Below, in pieces: positions 36,154-45,406 of a stretch of 64,000 bases of DNA. Both the position numbers and the translations under genes were made by a program. The notes under the pieces are model-generated. The model was given only the letters and a program-made list of their open reading frames with translations, made no database searches and had not been told where the DNA came from. The stretch's first letter is position 1. Every line of letters starts with the position of its first letter. This stretch comes from Terriglobia bacterium (GTDB taxonomy: Bacteria > Acidobacteriota > Polarisedimenticolia > Polarisedimenticolales > JAIQFR01): contig CAVVHE010000004.1 in NCBI GenBank assembly GCA_963748015.1, positions 1,152,001 through 1,216,000 on the forward strand. The letters are read 5' to 3'.

Positions 36154-37110
36154 CTAGGCCGTAGGGGCCGTGCCGCCCGCCGCGGCGCGGGCGTCGCGGA
36201 GGATCCCTTCGCCGCCCGCGGCGAGGAGCGCGTCGGCGAGCCTCTCGCCCAGCCGGCAGCCGTCCTCGGGAGCCCCCTCGGCGTGCTCGCGGAGAAGGCG
36301 CCGGCCGTCGGGATCGCCGACCATCGCGTCGAGGACGATGCGTTCGTCGACGATCCGCGCGTGCGCGGTGGCCGGAGCGAGACACCCCCCGCCGAGGCGG
36401 TTCAGGAACGCGCGCTCCGCGAGGACGCAAACGAGCGTCGTCGCGTCGGTGAGCGCCTCGACGAAGCCGCGCGTCGTCCCGTCGTCGGTTCGCGTCTCGA
36501 CCGCCACCGCTCCCTGACCGACCGCGGGGAGGCACACGTCGGTCGGGATCGGCCTGAGCGGCACCTCGCGGAGACCGAGCCGCTCGACCCCCGCGAGCGC
36601 CAAGACCATGGCCCCGAACTGCCCCTCGCGCAGCTTCCTTATCCTCGTGTCCACGTTCCCGCGCACGAGGCACATGCCGAGGTCCGGGCGGGCGTGGAGG
36701 AGCTGCGAGCGGCGCCGGGGACTGCCGGTCGCCACCATCGTCCCCCGCGGGACGTCCGCGAACGACCAGCCCTCGACGGAGAGGAGGGCGTCGCGCGGAT
36801 CGTGCCGCGCCAGAACCGCCGCGATCCCGAGGCCCGCGGGCTGCTCCGTCGGCATGTCCTTGAGGCTGTGGACGGCGAGGTCGACGCGCCGCTCCTGCAG
36901 GGCGTCCTCGATCTCCTTGACGAAGAACCCCCGGCCCGGCATGTCGCCGAACGGCCGGTCGGTGACCCGGTCCCCCTCGGTCTTGATGATCAGGATCTCG
37001 ACGGCGAGACCCGGATTCGCCTCTTCGAGGCGCGTGGAGACGAATCGCGCCTGCCACAGCGCGAGCGGGCTCCCCCGCGTACCCACGACCAGTCTCGTCG
37101 GGCTAGACAT
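36154..37110 (-). CDS. hemC: Hydroxymethylbilane synthase
   Basis: GTRGSPLALWQ, AVHSLKD, RGNVDTR and LGGGC. Confidence 0.97.
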   Translation of the reverse strand: MSSPTRLVVGTRGSPLALWQARFVSTRLEEANPGLAVEILIIKTEGDRVTDRPFGDMPGRGFFVKEIEDALQERRVDLAVHSLKDMPTEQPAGLGIAAVLARHDPRDALLSVEGWSFADVPRGTMVATGSPRRRSQLLHARPDLGMCLVRGNVDTRIRKLREGQFGAMVLALAGVERLGLREVPLRPIPTDVCLPAVGQGAVAVETRTDDGTTRGFVEALTDATTLVCVLAERAFLNRLGGGCLAPATAHARIVDERIVLDAMVGDPDGRRLLREHAEGAPEDGCRLGERLADALLAAGGEGILRDARAAAGGTAPTA

Positions 37111-38431
37111 TGTCTCCCTCCGCTCCTTGGGATTGCGGCGAGGACGGGGACGCCCCCGCGTCTCGAGGCGCGTCCGGGACGTCGAAGATCCGCCGGTACA
37201 ACCCCGCGACGTCGTTACCCTGCCCCTCCGCCGCGCACCCCTTGAGATGGCGGATCGGGTTGTGGAGGACCTTCTGGATCACCGACCGCGTGAGCTCCTC
37301 CACCGCCTGCTGCTGCTCCGGCGAGAGCGCGCCGAGCCGCCTCCTGAACCGCTCGATCTCGGACTTCCCGATGCCGTGCAGCCGGTCGCGGAGCGCCGCG
37401 ATCGTCGGCCCGAGGTCGAGCGACTGGCGCCAGCGGGAGAACGACTCGACCTCTCCCTCGATCATCACCGCGGCGACCTCGGCCTGGCGCCGCCGCTCTT
37501 CCAGGTTCTGGTCCACGACCCCCTGGAGATCGTCGATGTCGTAGAGGTAGACGTTGTCGAGCTCGTTGACCTCGGGCGCCACATCGCGCGGGACCGCGAT
37601 GTCGATGAGGAACAGGGGGCGGCCGCGCCGCGCGCGCACGGCCTTCTGCGCGATCGCCTTGGTGACGACCGGCTCGGGGGCGGCCGTGCCGGTCACCACG
37701 ATGTCCACGCGCTCGAGGTACGCGAACCCCTCGTCCCAGTTCACCGCCTCTCCGTTGAATCGCTCCGCCAGGGCGGCCGCCCGGCTGTACGTGCGGTTGG
37801 CGACGACGACGCGGCTCACGCCGTTCGCCACCAGGTGGCGCGCCGCCAGTTCGGTCATCTTTCCCGCGCCGAGAAGCAGCGCCGACCGCCCCCCGAGATC
37901 GCCGAAGATCTTCTTCGCCAGCTCCACCGCGGCGAACGCGATCGAGACCGCGTGCCTCGAGATCCCGGTGTCCGTGCGAACTCGCTTCGCGGCCGAGAGC
38001 CCTTGCTGGAGGAGGCGGTCGAGCACCGCGCCCGTCGCGCCGGCCTCCCGCGCCACCTCGTACGCGCGCTTCACCTGTCCGAGGATCTGGGGCTCGCCGA
38101 GCACCATCGAGTCGAGTCCCGACACGACGCGGAACAGGTGGCGGACCGCGTCGGTCTCCTCGAACTCGTAGGTGAACTTGCCGACCTCGTCGAGGGTGAC
38201 GCCGTGCTCGCGGGCGAGGAAGCCCTTCACGGCCGCGGCCCCGGCATGCCCCTCCCTGGCCCGGGCGATGATCTCGACGCGGTTGCACGTCGAGACGATG
38301 AGGCCCTCCTCGAGCGGGCTCCCGCTCACGAGGCGCTCCACCGCGCCGGGCAGCTCGGCTTCCGAGAAGCCCAGCTTCTCCCGGACCTCCAGGGGAGCGC
38401 TCTTGTGATTGAGGCCGACGAGAACCAGCAT
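37103..38431 (-). CDS. hemA: Glutamyl-tRNA reductase
   Basis: STCNRVE, GLDSMVLGEPQILGQ, GAGKM and DIAVPRD. Confidence 0.97.
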   Translation of the reverse strand: MLVLVGLNHKSAPLEVREKLGFSEAELPGAVERLVSGSPLEEGLIVSTCNRVEIIARAREGHAGAAAVKGFLAREHGVTLDEVGKFTYEFEETDAVRHLFRVVSGLDSMVLGEPQILGQVKRAYEVAREAGATGAVLDRLLQQGLSAAKRVRTDTGISRHAVSIAFAAVELAKKIFGDLGGRSALLLGAGKMTELAARHLVANGVSRVVVANRTYSRAAALAERFNGEAVNWDEGFAYLERVDIVVTGTAAPEPVVTKAIAQKAVRARRGRPLFLIDIAVPRDVAPEVNELDNVYLYDIDDLQGVVDQNLEERRRQAEVAAVMIEGEVESFSRWRQSLDLGPTIAALRDRLHGIGKSEIERFRRRLGALSPEQQQAVEELTRSVIQKVLHNPIRHLKGCAAEGQGNDVAGLYRRIFDVPDAPRDAGASPSSPQSQGAEGDNV

Positions 38432-38434
38432 GGA

Positions 38435-39223
38435 TCAGCGCGACATCCCGAGCACGGTGAGAAGGCCGAGGGCGAAGCTGGCGATCGTCAGGTACGCCGA
38501 CTTCCGTCCCCGGAAACCCCTCACCAGCCGGGCATAGAGGAGAACCGCGAGCACCACCCACGCGAGAATCGGGAAGATCTGCTTCGGCCCTCCCATCCAG
38601 AACGTGCCGTACCGCACCCAGAGCACCACCTGTCCCGTGGCGATCCCGATGGTCAGGAGCGGGAAGCCCCAGAGCACCGCGAGGTTTCCGATCCGGTCGC
38701 AGGCGTCGAGCGACGGGAGCCGCTCCATGACCCGCCCCTTGCGCTTGGCCTTCAAGGCGCGGTTCTGCAACAGGTAGATGACCGCCATCGCGAAAGCGAG
38801 GCAGAGCGCCGCCATGCCGAGAACCGAGATGCCGACGTGGAACAAGAACCACCCCTTCTGCTGGGTGTCCGGCAACACGACCTCGCGAGAGGGGAAGAGC
38901 AGCGCGACGAACGCCATCAGGGCCGCGAGCGGCGGCAGGATCAGTCCCGCCTGGGTCATGCGCAGGCGCAGCGCCACCCAGAGATACAGCCCGAGCACGA
39001 CCCAGCCCAGGACCATCAGGTACTCGGCGGCGCTGGTGAAGGGGAAGGCGCCGACGCGCAGCCCCTCGTAGACGATCGCGGCGAGGTGGAGAAGCCACGC
39101 GACGACGAACGACGCCTCGGCCCCGCGCTCCGCCGCCTCCGAGCGTCTCACGAGGTACGTGAACGCCAGGAAGATCCCGTTGAAGTACGCGATGAGTGCC
39201 AGGGGAAGCAGGACGAGTCCCAC
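38435..39223 (-). CDS. CcsA/HemX-family cytochrome c assembly membrane protein
   Basis: About 8 TM helices, FHVG, YLLQNRALKAK and LPSLD. Directly upstream of hemA. Start uncertain. Confidence 0.85.
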   Translation of the reverse strand: MGLVLLPLALIAYFNGIFLAFTYLVRRSEAAERGAEASFVVAWLLHLAAIVYEGLRVGAFPFTSAAEYLMVLGWVVLGLYLWVALRLRMTQAGLILPPLAALMAFVALLFPSREVVLPDTQQKGWFLFHVGISVLGMAALCLAFAMAVIYLLQNRALKAKRKGRVMERLPSLDACDRIGNLAVLWGFPLLTIGIATGQVVLWVRYGTFWMGGPKQIFPILAWVVLAVLLYARLVRGFRGRKSAYLTIASFALGLLTVLGMSR

Positions 39224-39457
39224 GCCGTCTCCGCAATCGCCGCCGCGCGCCGGTCCCGGCGGGAGTCGCGACCCCGTCGCGTCCTCCCGCCCCGGGGCGT
39301 TCGGGCGTTCCGACACGTGGGCCGCAATCCCCCCGAGGACGGCTCGGCCCGCCGTTTCGGGAGAGCCGAGGTTAGCATACTCCCCCGGAGAGGTGTTAAC
39401 TGACTGGCAGGACGGACCTTAGGATGGAACGGTCACCGCGCGTGATGTCCTCGACGA

Positions 39458-39482
39458 AGGGACAGCTACGGTAGCTGTCCCT
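39458..39482. repeat. Perfect 12-bp-arm palindrome (REP-like or operator)
   Basis: agggacagctac-g-gtagctgtccct in the intergenic region upstream of ccsA-hemA. Confidence 0.7.
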
Positions 39483-39653
39483 CGAACCGGGGCGGCGCGG
39501 CGGGTCCGGAAGGGATGAGGGGATCAGGGCGAGCATCGGGAGGGTGCGCGCGAGCCACGTGGGCCCGCGCGGGTGGGAGCGGCGATCCCGGTATCGCCGC
39601 GTTGGTTCAGGTGGGAGACCCGCCGGCGCCGAGCGAACGCGGAAGAAGAACCG

Positions 39654-40073
39654 TCAAGGCGGGCGCCGCGGCCCGGCCGCGGGCTCGAGCGACGCGGCGA
39701 CCTCGCGGAGCGCCGCGTCCTGTTGCGCGGCGAGCACGCGGTATCTCCGAAGATCGAGCGCGCCGAGCCGGCGCGCGAGATAGAGGGCGTAGCGCGCCTC
39801 GGCGAGGCGGTCGCGCGCCGCGCCGACGAGCGCGCGCTCCTCCTCCCCGCCCGGCGGAGAGCAGGACGCGGCGACGAGCGCCCCCCCTCCCCTGAGAACG
39901 AGGCGTCGGATCTCCGCGGCAAGCTCGGGACAGGGCGAGCGCTCGAGGTCGGCAGCCGCCTTGACCGCCGCCATCGCGAACGCGTCGGCGGCGCGGAACG
40001 CGTCGAGACGTCCGCCCGCCCGCCGCTCCGGCACGGCGGCACGGACGGGAGCGAGACCGGCTACATTTTCCAC
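39654..40073 (-). CDS. Four-helix-bundle family protein (divergent)
   Basis: LDAFRAADAFA..ELAAEIRR..ARDRLAEARYALYLARRLGAL resembles the four-helix-bundle (IVS-protein) consensus. Confidence 0.65.
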   Translation of the reverse strand: MENVAGLAPVRAAVPERRAGGRLDAFRAADAFAMAAVKAAADLERSPCPELAAEIRRLVLRGGGALVAASCSPPGGEEERALVGAARDRLAEARYALYLARRLGALDLRRYRVLAAQQDAALREVAASLEPAAGPRRPP

Positions 40074-40654
40074 TGGTGCCTCGCTCCGTCCCAGCGCCAC
40101 ACGCGCACCCGCGCCGTCGGCCCGTAGAGGACCACCGCGGCGAGCCCGCTGCGCCGGTCGGTGACGTAAAGCGTTCCGCTCGAGGCGCTCCCGTCGGGCG
40201 AGAACGAGATCAGCTTGGATCGGCCGAACTGCACGGGATCGGAGGCCTCGTCGAGCCTCTCGCCCCCCGGCGGCACCTCGGGGTACGGCCCGCCGGGCGG
40301 GATTCCCGGGGTGGCCTTCTCGATCTCGTCCTCGAGCCGGTGCGGCCCCGAGATCGTCCGGTCCACCCCGCTCCGCACCTCCGCGGTCCTCAGGCCGTTG
40401 CCGTTCCCGTCCTCGACCTCGAAGTAGACCCAGGCGGGACCGCGTTGCTCGAAGAAGAGGCCGCGGTGGCGGCGAACCGCGACGCTCTTGAATCGGAGCG
40501 CGCGGAATCGCAGGCCCATCTGTCGCGCGCCCGCCTCCGCGCGCGCCGACGAGAGCATGCTCGTGCCCGCGGGAACCGCGACGACCGCGGCCGCCGCGAG
40601 GATCGCGAGCGCCACGAGGCACTCGGGAAGCGTGATGCCCTGGTCGGCGCGCAT
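40061..40654 (-). CDS. Type IV prepilin-like protein (FimT/GspH type)
   Basis: QG-ITLPECLVAL cleavage/methylation motif. C-terminal ISFSPDGSASSGTLYV. Confidence 0.88.
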   Translation of the reverse strand: MRADQGITLPECLVALAILAAAAVVAVPAGTSMLSSARAEAGARQMGLRFRALRFKSVAVRRHRGLFFEQRGPAWVYFEVEDGNGNGLRTAEVRSGVDRTISGPHRLEDEIEKATPGIPPGGPYPEVPPGGERLDEASDPVQFGRSKLISFSPDGSASSGTLYVTDRRSGLAAVVLYGPTARVRVWRWDGARHQWKM

Positions 40655-40661
40655 GACCGCT

Positions 40662-41011
40662 TCAGCGGGCCTTCGCGGCACCGGCGGTCAGGTAGGGCTT
40701 GAGCTTCACGATCGACTTCTCGCCGATGCCGCGGACCTTCACGAGGTCGTCCACCTGGGAGAACGGGCCGTTCTTCTCCCGGAACTCCACGATCCTCTGC
40801 GCGAGCGCCTCGCCGATCCCGGGGACCTTCTGGAGATCGGTCGAGGAGGCGGTGTTGACGTCCACCGGGCCGGCGGGGACGGACTTGCCGGAGGTTCCCC
40901 CCCGGAGGCGGGCGGCGACGCCGCCAGGCACGGCGCGGCGCCTGCGGCGGCGAGGGCGAGAGCGAGAATCCCGGCTGCGAGACGGCGGGTGGTGACGGCG
41001 TTGACGTGCAT
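40662..41011 (-). CDS. comEA: ComEA-like helix-hairpin-helix DNA receptor, frameshifted at the C7 run 40897-40903
   Basis: The signal peptide (MHVN..CLA) is in one frame and VDVNTASSTDLQKVPGIGEALAQRIVEFREKNGPF..VRGIG in another. Removing one base from the run joins them. Confidence 0.85.
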
Positions 41012-41067
41012 CTTGTCCTCCGTGAAGCGGGCCCGGCGATCGCGCCGGGCCGGCGCCGCGGAAGACC

Positions 41068-41082
41068 GCAACCGTCGTGCCA
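41068..41082 (-). promoter_or_regulatory. sigma-54 (-24/-12) promoter of the comEA-prepilin operon
   Basis: TGGCACGACGGTTGC equals the consensus TGGCACG-N4-TTGC, about 57 nt upstream of the comEA ATG. Confidence 0.8.
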
Positions 41083-41185
41083 TGTCGAAAACGCCGGAAG
41101 GACGGGGGGAACACGCGTGGGAGGAACACGCGCGGACACGCCACCGGCACCGGCGCGTGCGCCCGCGGACACGGCGGGATTCGCG

Positions 41186-42511
41186 CTACGACGAGAAGAA
41201 CGTCTTGATGACGTCGAAGTAGATGATCGTGCCGAAGAAGAGCAGGAGGAACACGAGCCCCGCCTGCATGACCCTCTCCTTCACGACATCGGAGAGGTCG
41301 CGGCGCATGATCCCCTCGACGCACAGGATCAGGATGTGCCCGCCGTCGAGCACCGGGATCGGCAGCAGGTTGATGATTCCGAGCTGCAGGCTGACGAACG
41401 CCAGGAAGGCGAGGAACGACTCGAGGCGCTTCACCGCTTCTCGCGACACCCTCGCGATCTCGATCGGACCGGAGAAGGCCCGAACGGAGATCTCGCGACG
41501 CGCCACCTTCCGGAGGGTCTTGAACAGGGTCTTCGACAGATCGAGGTTCACCCGAAACGACTCGGCGGCCGCTGCCACGGGACCGTAGGTGACGTGCACG
41601 AGCCCCGCCGTCTTGAAGACGACGCCCACGACCCCTCTCCCCGCCTCCGAACGGGGGGTGACCGCGAGGTCGAGCTTCTGCCCCCCGCGCTCGACCTTCA
41701 GCGCGACCTCGCGCCCGGCGCTCGCGGTGAGGATCGCGCGGAGCCGGACCTCGTCGATCGGCTCCTCGCCGTCCGCGGCGAGAACCTTGTCCCCCGACCG
41801 GAAGCCGGCCTTCTCCGCGGGGTAGCCGCCGAGCACCATGTCGATCTCCGGCTGCCCGGGGTTTTCCGTGATGAGGCGCCACCCCGGATCTCCGAGGTGG
41901 TAGCGGGGGTCCGCGCCGGTGTTCATCGTCAGGGAGACCCGCTCCGATCCCCGCTGCAAGACCACGGGTTTCGCCTTCTCCGGCGAGAAGAACACCTCGT
42001 CCCCCTCGGTCTGCGGGTCGCGCGCGTCCCTGCCGTTGATCGAGACGACCCTGTCGCCGGCCTTGATCCCCGCCTCGGCCGCGGGGGAGCCCTGGCGGAC
42101 CTCCGCGACCACGGGGTAGGTCTCGGCGATCGGCCGCTCGTTCTTCCCGTAGGCCCAGAGGACGACCCACGTCACGACGAGGGCGAGGATGATGTTGAAG
42201 ACCGCGCCCGCCGCGAAGATCACGAGGCGCTGCCAGCGCGGCTTCGCCTGCAGCTCGTCCCCCTTCCCTGCGCGGTCGTCGGCTTCCTCTCCGGCGAGAC
42301 GCACGTAGCCGCCGAGGGGGATGGCCGACGCCCGGAAGTCCGTCCCGCGCCAGGTGAAGCCGAACAGCCGGGGGCCCACGCCGAAGAACGAGAACACGGG
42401 AACGCCGACGCCGAAGAGCCGGGCGAAGATGAAATGCCCGAACTCGTGGACGAAGACGAGGATGCCGAGCACAAGGACGAACGACAAAAGGATCTGGAGC
42501 AGACCAATCAC
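41186..42511 (-). CDS. rseP: RIP metalloprotease RseP
   Basis: HEFGH, two PDZ domains and NLLPIPVLDGG. Confidence 0.96.
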   Translation of the reverse strand: MIGLLQILLSFVLVLGILVFVHEFGHFIFARLFGVGVPVFSFFGVGPRLFGFTWRGTDFRASAIPLGGYVRLAGEEADDRAGKGDELQAKPRWQRLVIFAAGAVFNIILALVVTWVVLWAYGKNERPIAETYPVVAEVRQGSPAAEAGIKAGDRVVSINGRDARDPQTEGDEVFFSPEKAKPVVLQRGSERVSLTMNTGADPRYHLGDPGWRLITENPGQPEIDMVLGGYPAEKAGFRSGDKVLAADGEEPIDEVRLRAILTASAGREVALKVERGGQKLDLAVTPRSEAGRGVVGVVFKTAGLVHVTYGPVAAAAESFRVNLDLSKTLFKTLRKVARREISVRAFSGPIEIARVSREAVKRLESFLAFLAFVSLQLGIINLLPIPVLDGGHILILCVEGIMRRDLSDVVKERVMQAGLVFLLLFFGTIIYFDVIKTFFSS

Positions 42512-43668
42512 GATCGGTTCCTCGATGAAATAGCCCTGGCCGCGGTCTCTCGCGCCCTGGCATCGACCCCCATGACCTCTTCTAGATTAGCCGCTCCGTC
42601 GTTTTCGTGCCGCTCGAGCGCCGCCCGGATGACCTCCGGGATCTCCAGGAACCCGAGGCGTCCCCCGAGGAAGGCCTCGACGGCGACCTCGTTCGCGGCG
42701 TTGAGCGCCGCGGGCGCCGCCCCCCCTCGCTCGAGGGCGCGGTAGGCCAGCGGGAGGCACGGGAACCGCTCGGGGTCGGGGGCCTCGAATTCGAGGGGCC
42801 CCGCGGCGACCGGGTCGAAAGGCGGGAGCGTGGCATGCCACCGCTCGGGCCAGGTCAGCGCGTACTGGATCGGGTGGCGCATGTCGGTGACGCCGAGCTG
42901 CGCCTTGAACGAGCCGTCCACGAACTCGACCATCGAGTGGACGACGCTCTTCGGGTGGATCACGACGCGGATCGTCTCGGGCGGCACCCCGAAGAGCCAG
43001 TGGGCCTCGATCACCTCGAGCCCCTTGTTCATCAGCGTCGCCGAGTCCACGCTGATCTTCGGCCCCATGCTCCACGTCGGGTGCTTCAAGGCCTCGGCGG
43101 GTGTCGCGCTCGCCAGCGTCGACATCGGCCGGGTGCGGAACGGCCCGCCCGAGCCCGTGAGCCAGAGCCGGCGGACCTCCCTGGCCGTCTCGCCGCGGAG
43201 ACACTGGTGCAGCGCGTTGTGCTCGCTGTCCACCGGGAGGATCCGCGCGCCGGTCTCGGCGGCGCGCGCGGTCAGCAGCGCGCCTCCGACCACGAGCGAC
43301 TCCTTGTTCGCGAGCGCGACATCCCGCCCCGCGTCCAGCGCCGCCCACGTCGAGCGGAGCCCCGCGGCGCCGACGACCGCGCAGACCACGAGCTCCGCCC
43401 CGGGGTGAACGGCCGCCTCGACGAGCGCGTCCGGGCCGTGAACGATCCGGCAACGCCCGCCGACGCGGCGCGCGAGGTCCGCGGCGGCCCCGGGATCGGC
43501 CACGGCCACGAGCTCCGGCTCGAACCGGCGCACCTGTTCCTCGAGCCGCTCGGCGTTGCGCCCCGCTCCTAGCGCCACGACGCGGAATGCCCCGGGGAAC
43601 GACGCCACGACGTCGAGCGTGCTCGTCCCGATCGAACCGGTGGAGCCGAGGACGACGATGCGCTTCAC
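42508..43668 (-). CDS. dxr: 1-deoxy-D-xylulose-5-phosphate reductoisomerase
   Basis: LGSTGSIG, LANKES, PVDSEH and MGPKISVDSATLMNKGLE. Confidence 0.97.
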   Translation of the reverse strand: MKRIVVLGSTGSIGTSTLDVVASFPGAFRVVALGAGRNAERLEEQVRRFEPELVAVADPGAAADLARRVGGRCRIVHGPDALVEAAVHPGAELVVCAVVGAAGLRSTWAALDAGRDVALANKESLVVGGALLTARAAETGARILPVDSEHNALHQCLRGETAREVRRLWLTGSGGPFRTRPMSTLASATPAEALKHPTWSMGPKISVDSATLMNKGLEVIEAHWLFGVPPETIRVVIHPKSVVHSMVEFVDGSFKAQLGVTDMRHPIQYALTWPERWHATLPPFDPVAAGPLEFEAPDPERFPCLPLAYRALERGGAAPAALNAANEVAVEAFLGGRLGFLEIPEVIRAALERHENDGAANLEEVMGVDARARETAARAISSRNRS

Positions 43669-44477
43669 GGCGCGGCCTCGAGGAAGAGGCGGTAGTAGTA
43701 GTACAGCGCCGGTCCCGCGAGCAGCAGGCTGTCCATCCGGTCCAGGAAGCCGCCGTGGCCGGGGAGCAGGGCGGACGAGTCCTTGGCGCCCGCCGCCCGC
43801 TTCACCATGCTCTCCGCGAGGTCGCCGAGCACGCCCGCCGCCGAGAGGATCGCGCCGAGGGCCAGAGCGTGCGCCAGGCCGAGACGCTGGTAGAACCAGA
43901 AGTGCGCGAGCAGCGCCGCGCCGATGCTCGCGACCAGACCGCCGGCCGCCCCCTCCCAGGTCTTCCGCGGCGAGAGGACCGGGGCCATGCGGTGGCGTCC
44001 GATCGAGCTGCCGACGTAGTAGGCCGCGGTGTCGGAGCAGATCACGCACAGGAGCAGGAGCAGCAGCGTATCGGTGCCGTCGTTCCCCGCCCTCGAGCGC
44101 AGGCCGACCACGGTGCCGAGCGTCAGCCCGACGAAAAGCACCGGGAACAGGGTGCTCGACGCCGAGCGAAGCATCGCGTCCGGGGTGTCCCGGCGCGCCA
44201 TCGCGGCGACGATCGCGACGGCCGTCGCCGCGAGGAGCGGAACGGCGGCGGGATAGAACGGCCTCGTCTCGAGGAACGACCAGGCGATCGCGATCGAGGC
44301 CGCGATGCCGAGGACACGGAACGGCCTGTCCCCGCGGCTCTCGAGGAGCCGGTAGCACTCCCACGCGGCGAAGCCGATCCCGACCGCCATCAGCGCGAAG
44401 AACGCCGTCGGGGAGGTCTTCTTGATGACGACCCACAGGACGGCCATGAGCACGGCGGCCGTGACGACCCGCTTCAT
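43665..44477 (-). CDS. cdsA: Phosphatidate cytidylyltransferase
   Basis: SPRKTWEG, GDLAESMVKR and KDSSALLPGHGGFLDRMD. Confidence 0.96.
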   Translation of the reverse strand: MKRVVTAAVLMAVLWVVIKKTSPTAFFALMAVGIGFAAWECYRLLESRGDRPFRVLGIAASIAIAWSFLETRPFYPAAVPLLAATAVAIVAAMARRDTPDAMLRSASSTLFPVLFVGLTLGTVVGLRSRAGNDGTDTLLLLLLCVICSDTAAYYVGSSIGRHRMAPVLSPRKTWEGAAGGLVASIGAALLAHFWFYQRLGLAHALALGAILSAAGVLGDLAESMVKRAAGAKDSSALLPGHGGFLDRMDSLLLAGPALYYYYRLFLEAAP

Positions 44478-44508
44478 CGCGCTCCGTCCGCCGAGGAGCC
44501 GGTCCGAG

Positions 44509-45303
44509 TCATCGCGTCGCCGCGACGGGAGGAACCGGCTCGTGGGCGCCGATCCCGCCGTAGCGCCGCTCGCGGCGCTGGAAGTCGAGCAGCGCCTCGA
44601 GGAGGTGCCTCAGCCTGAAGTCCGGCCAGAGGGTGGGGGTCACGTGGATCTCGGCGTACGCGATCTGCCAGAGGAGGAAGTTCGACACCCGCATCTCGCC
44701 GCTGGTCCTGATCAGCAGGTCCGGGTCCGGCTGGCCGGCCGTGTAGAGGTGCCTCGCGAACGCGCTCTCGTCGATCGCCTCCGCCCCAAGTCCTTCGGCG
44801 GCGATCGCGCGGCACGCGTCCACGATCTCGGCTCGCCCGCCGTAAGAGAGCGCGATGTTGAACCGCATGCCGCCGTTGGCGGCGGTCTCGTCCACCGCCC
44901 GCCGCAGCTCCTCCTGGATCTGGGGCTGGAGGTCCCCGAGCCGGCCGATCACGGAGAACCGGATGCGGTTCTCCATGAGGGTCCTCATCTCCCTCCGCAG
45001 GTATTCCCGGAGGAGGTTCATGAGGGTGTCCACCTCCGTCCTCGGGCGTTTCCAGTTCTCCTGCGAGAAGGCGTACAGGGTGAGGACCTCGATGCCGAGC
45101 CGGGCGGCGCTCTCGACGGTCTCGCGCACGGACTTGATGCCGGCGCGGTGGCCGGCGACGCGCGGCAGGTGCCGCTTCCGCGCCCAGCGGCCGTTCCCGT
45201 CCATGATCACGGCGACGTGGCGCGGGAAGCGGGACGGATCGAGCTGCCGCAGGAGGAGATCCTCCTCGCTCCCGGGCACGGCCAGCGACTTCTGATCCGC
45301 CAT
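44509..45303 (-). CDS. uppS: Undecaprenyl diphosphate synthase
   Basis: IMDGNGRWA, FSQENWKR and RTSGEMRVSNFLLWQ. Confidence 0.97.
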   Translation of the reverse strand: MADQKSLAVPGSEEDLLLRQLDPSRFPRHVAVIMDGNGRWARKRHLPRVAGHRAGIKSVRETVESAARLGIEVLTLYAFSQENWKRPRTEVDTLMNLLREYLRREMRTLMENRIRFSVIGRLGDLQPQIQEELRRAVDETAANGGMRFNIALSYGGRAEIVDACRAIAAEGLGAEAIDESAFARHLYTAGQPDPDLLIRTSGEMRVSNFLLWQIAYAEIHVTPTLWPDFRLRHLLEALLDFQRRERRYGGIGAHEPVPPVAATR

Positions 45304-45406
45304 CGTGGATTCCACTCCCGGCGCCCCGCCGCGCCGCCCGGCGCCGGTGCGTTGAGGACGCCGGATCTTAACCCCGGCGGGGCCGACCATCAAGCGATCG
45401 ACGCCG

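Noticed and set aside
39654..40073. Four-helix-bundle gene as the Avd of a diversity-generating retroelement
   Set aside because: No reverse transcriptase and no TR/VR repeat pair in the window.
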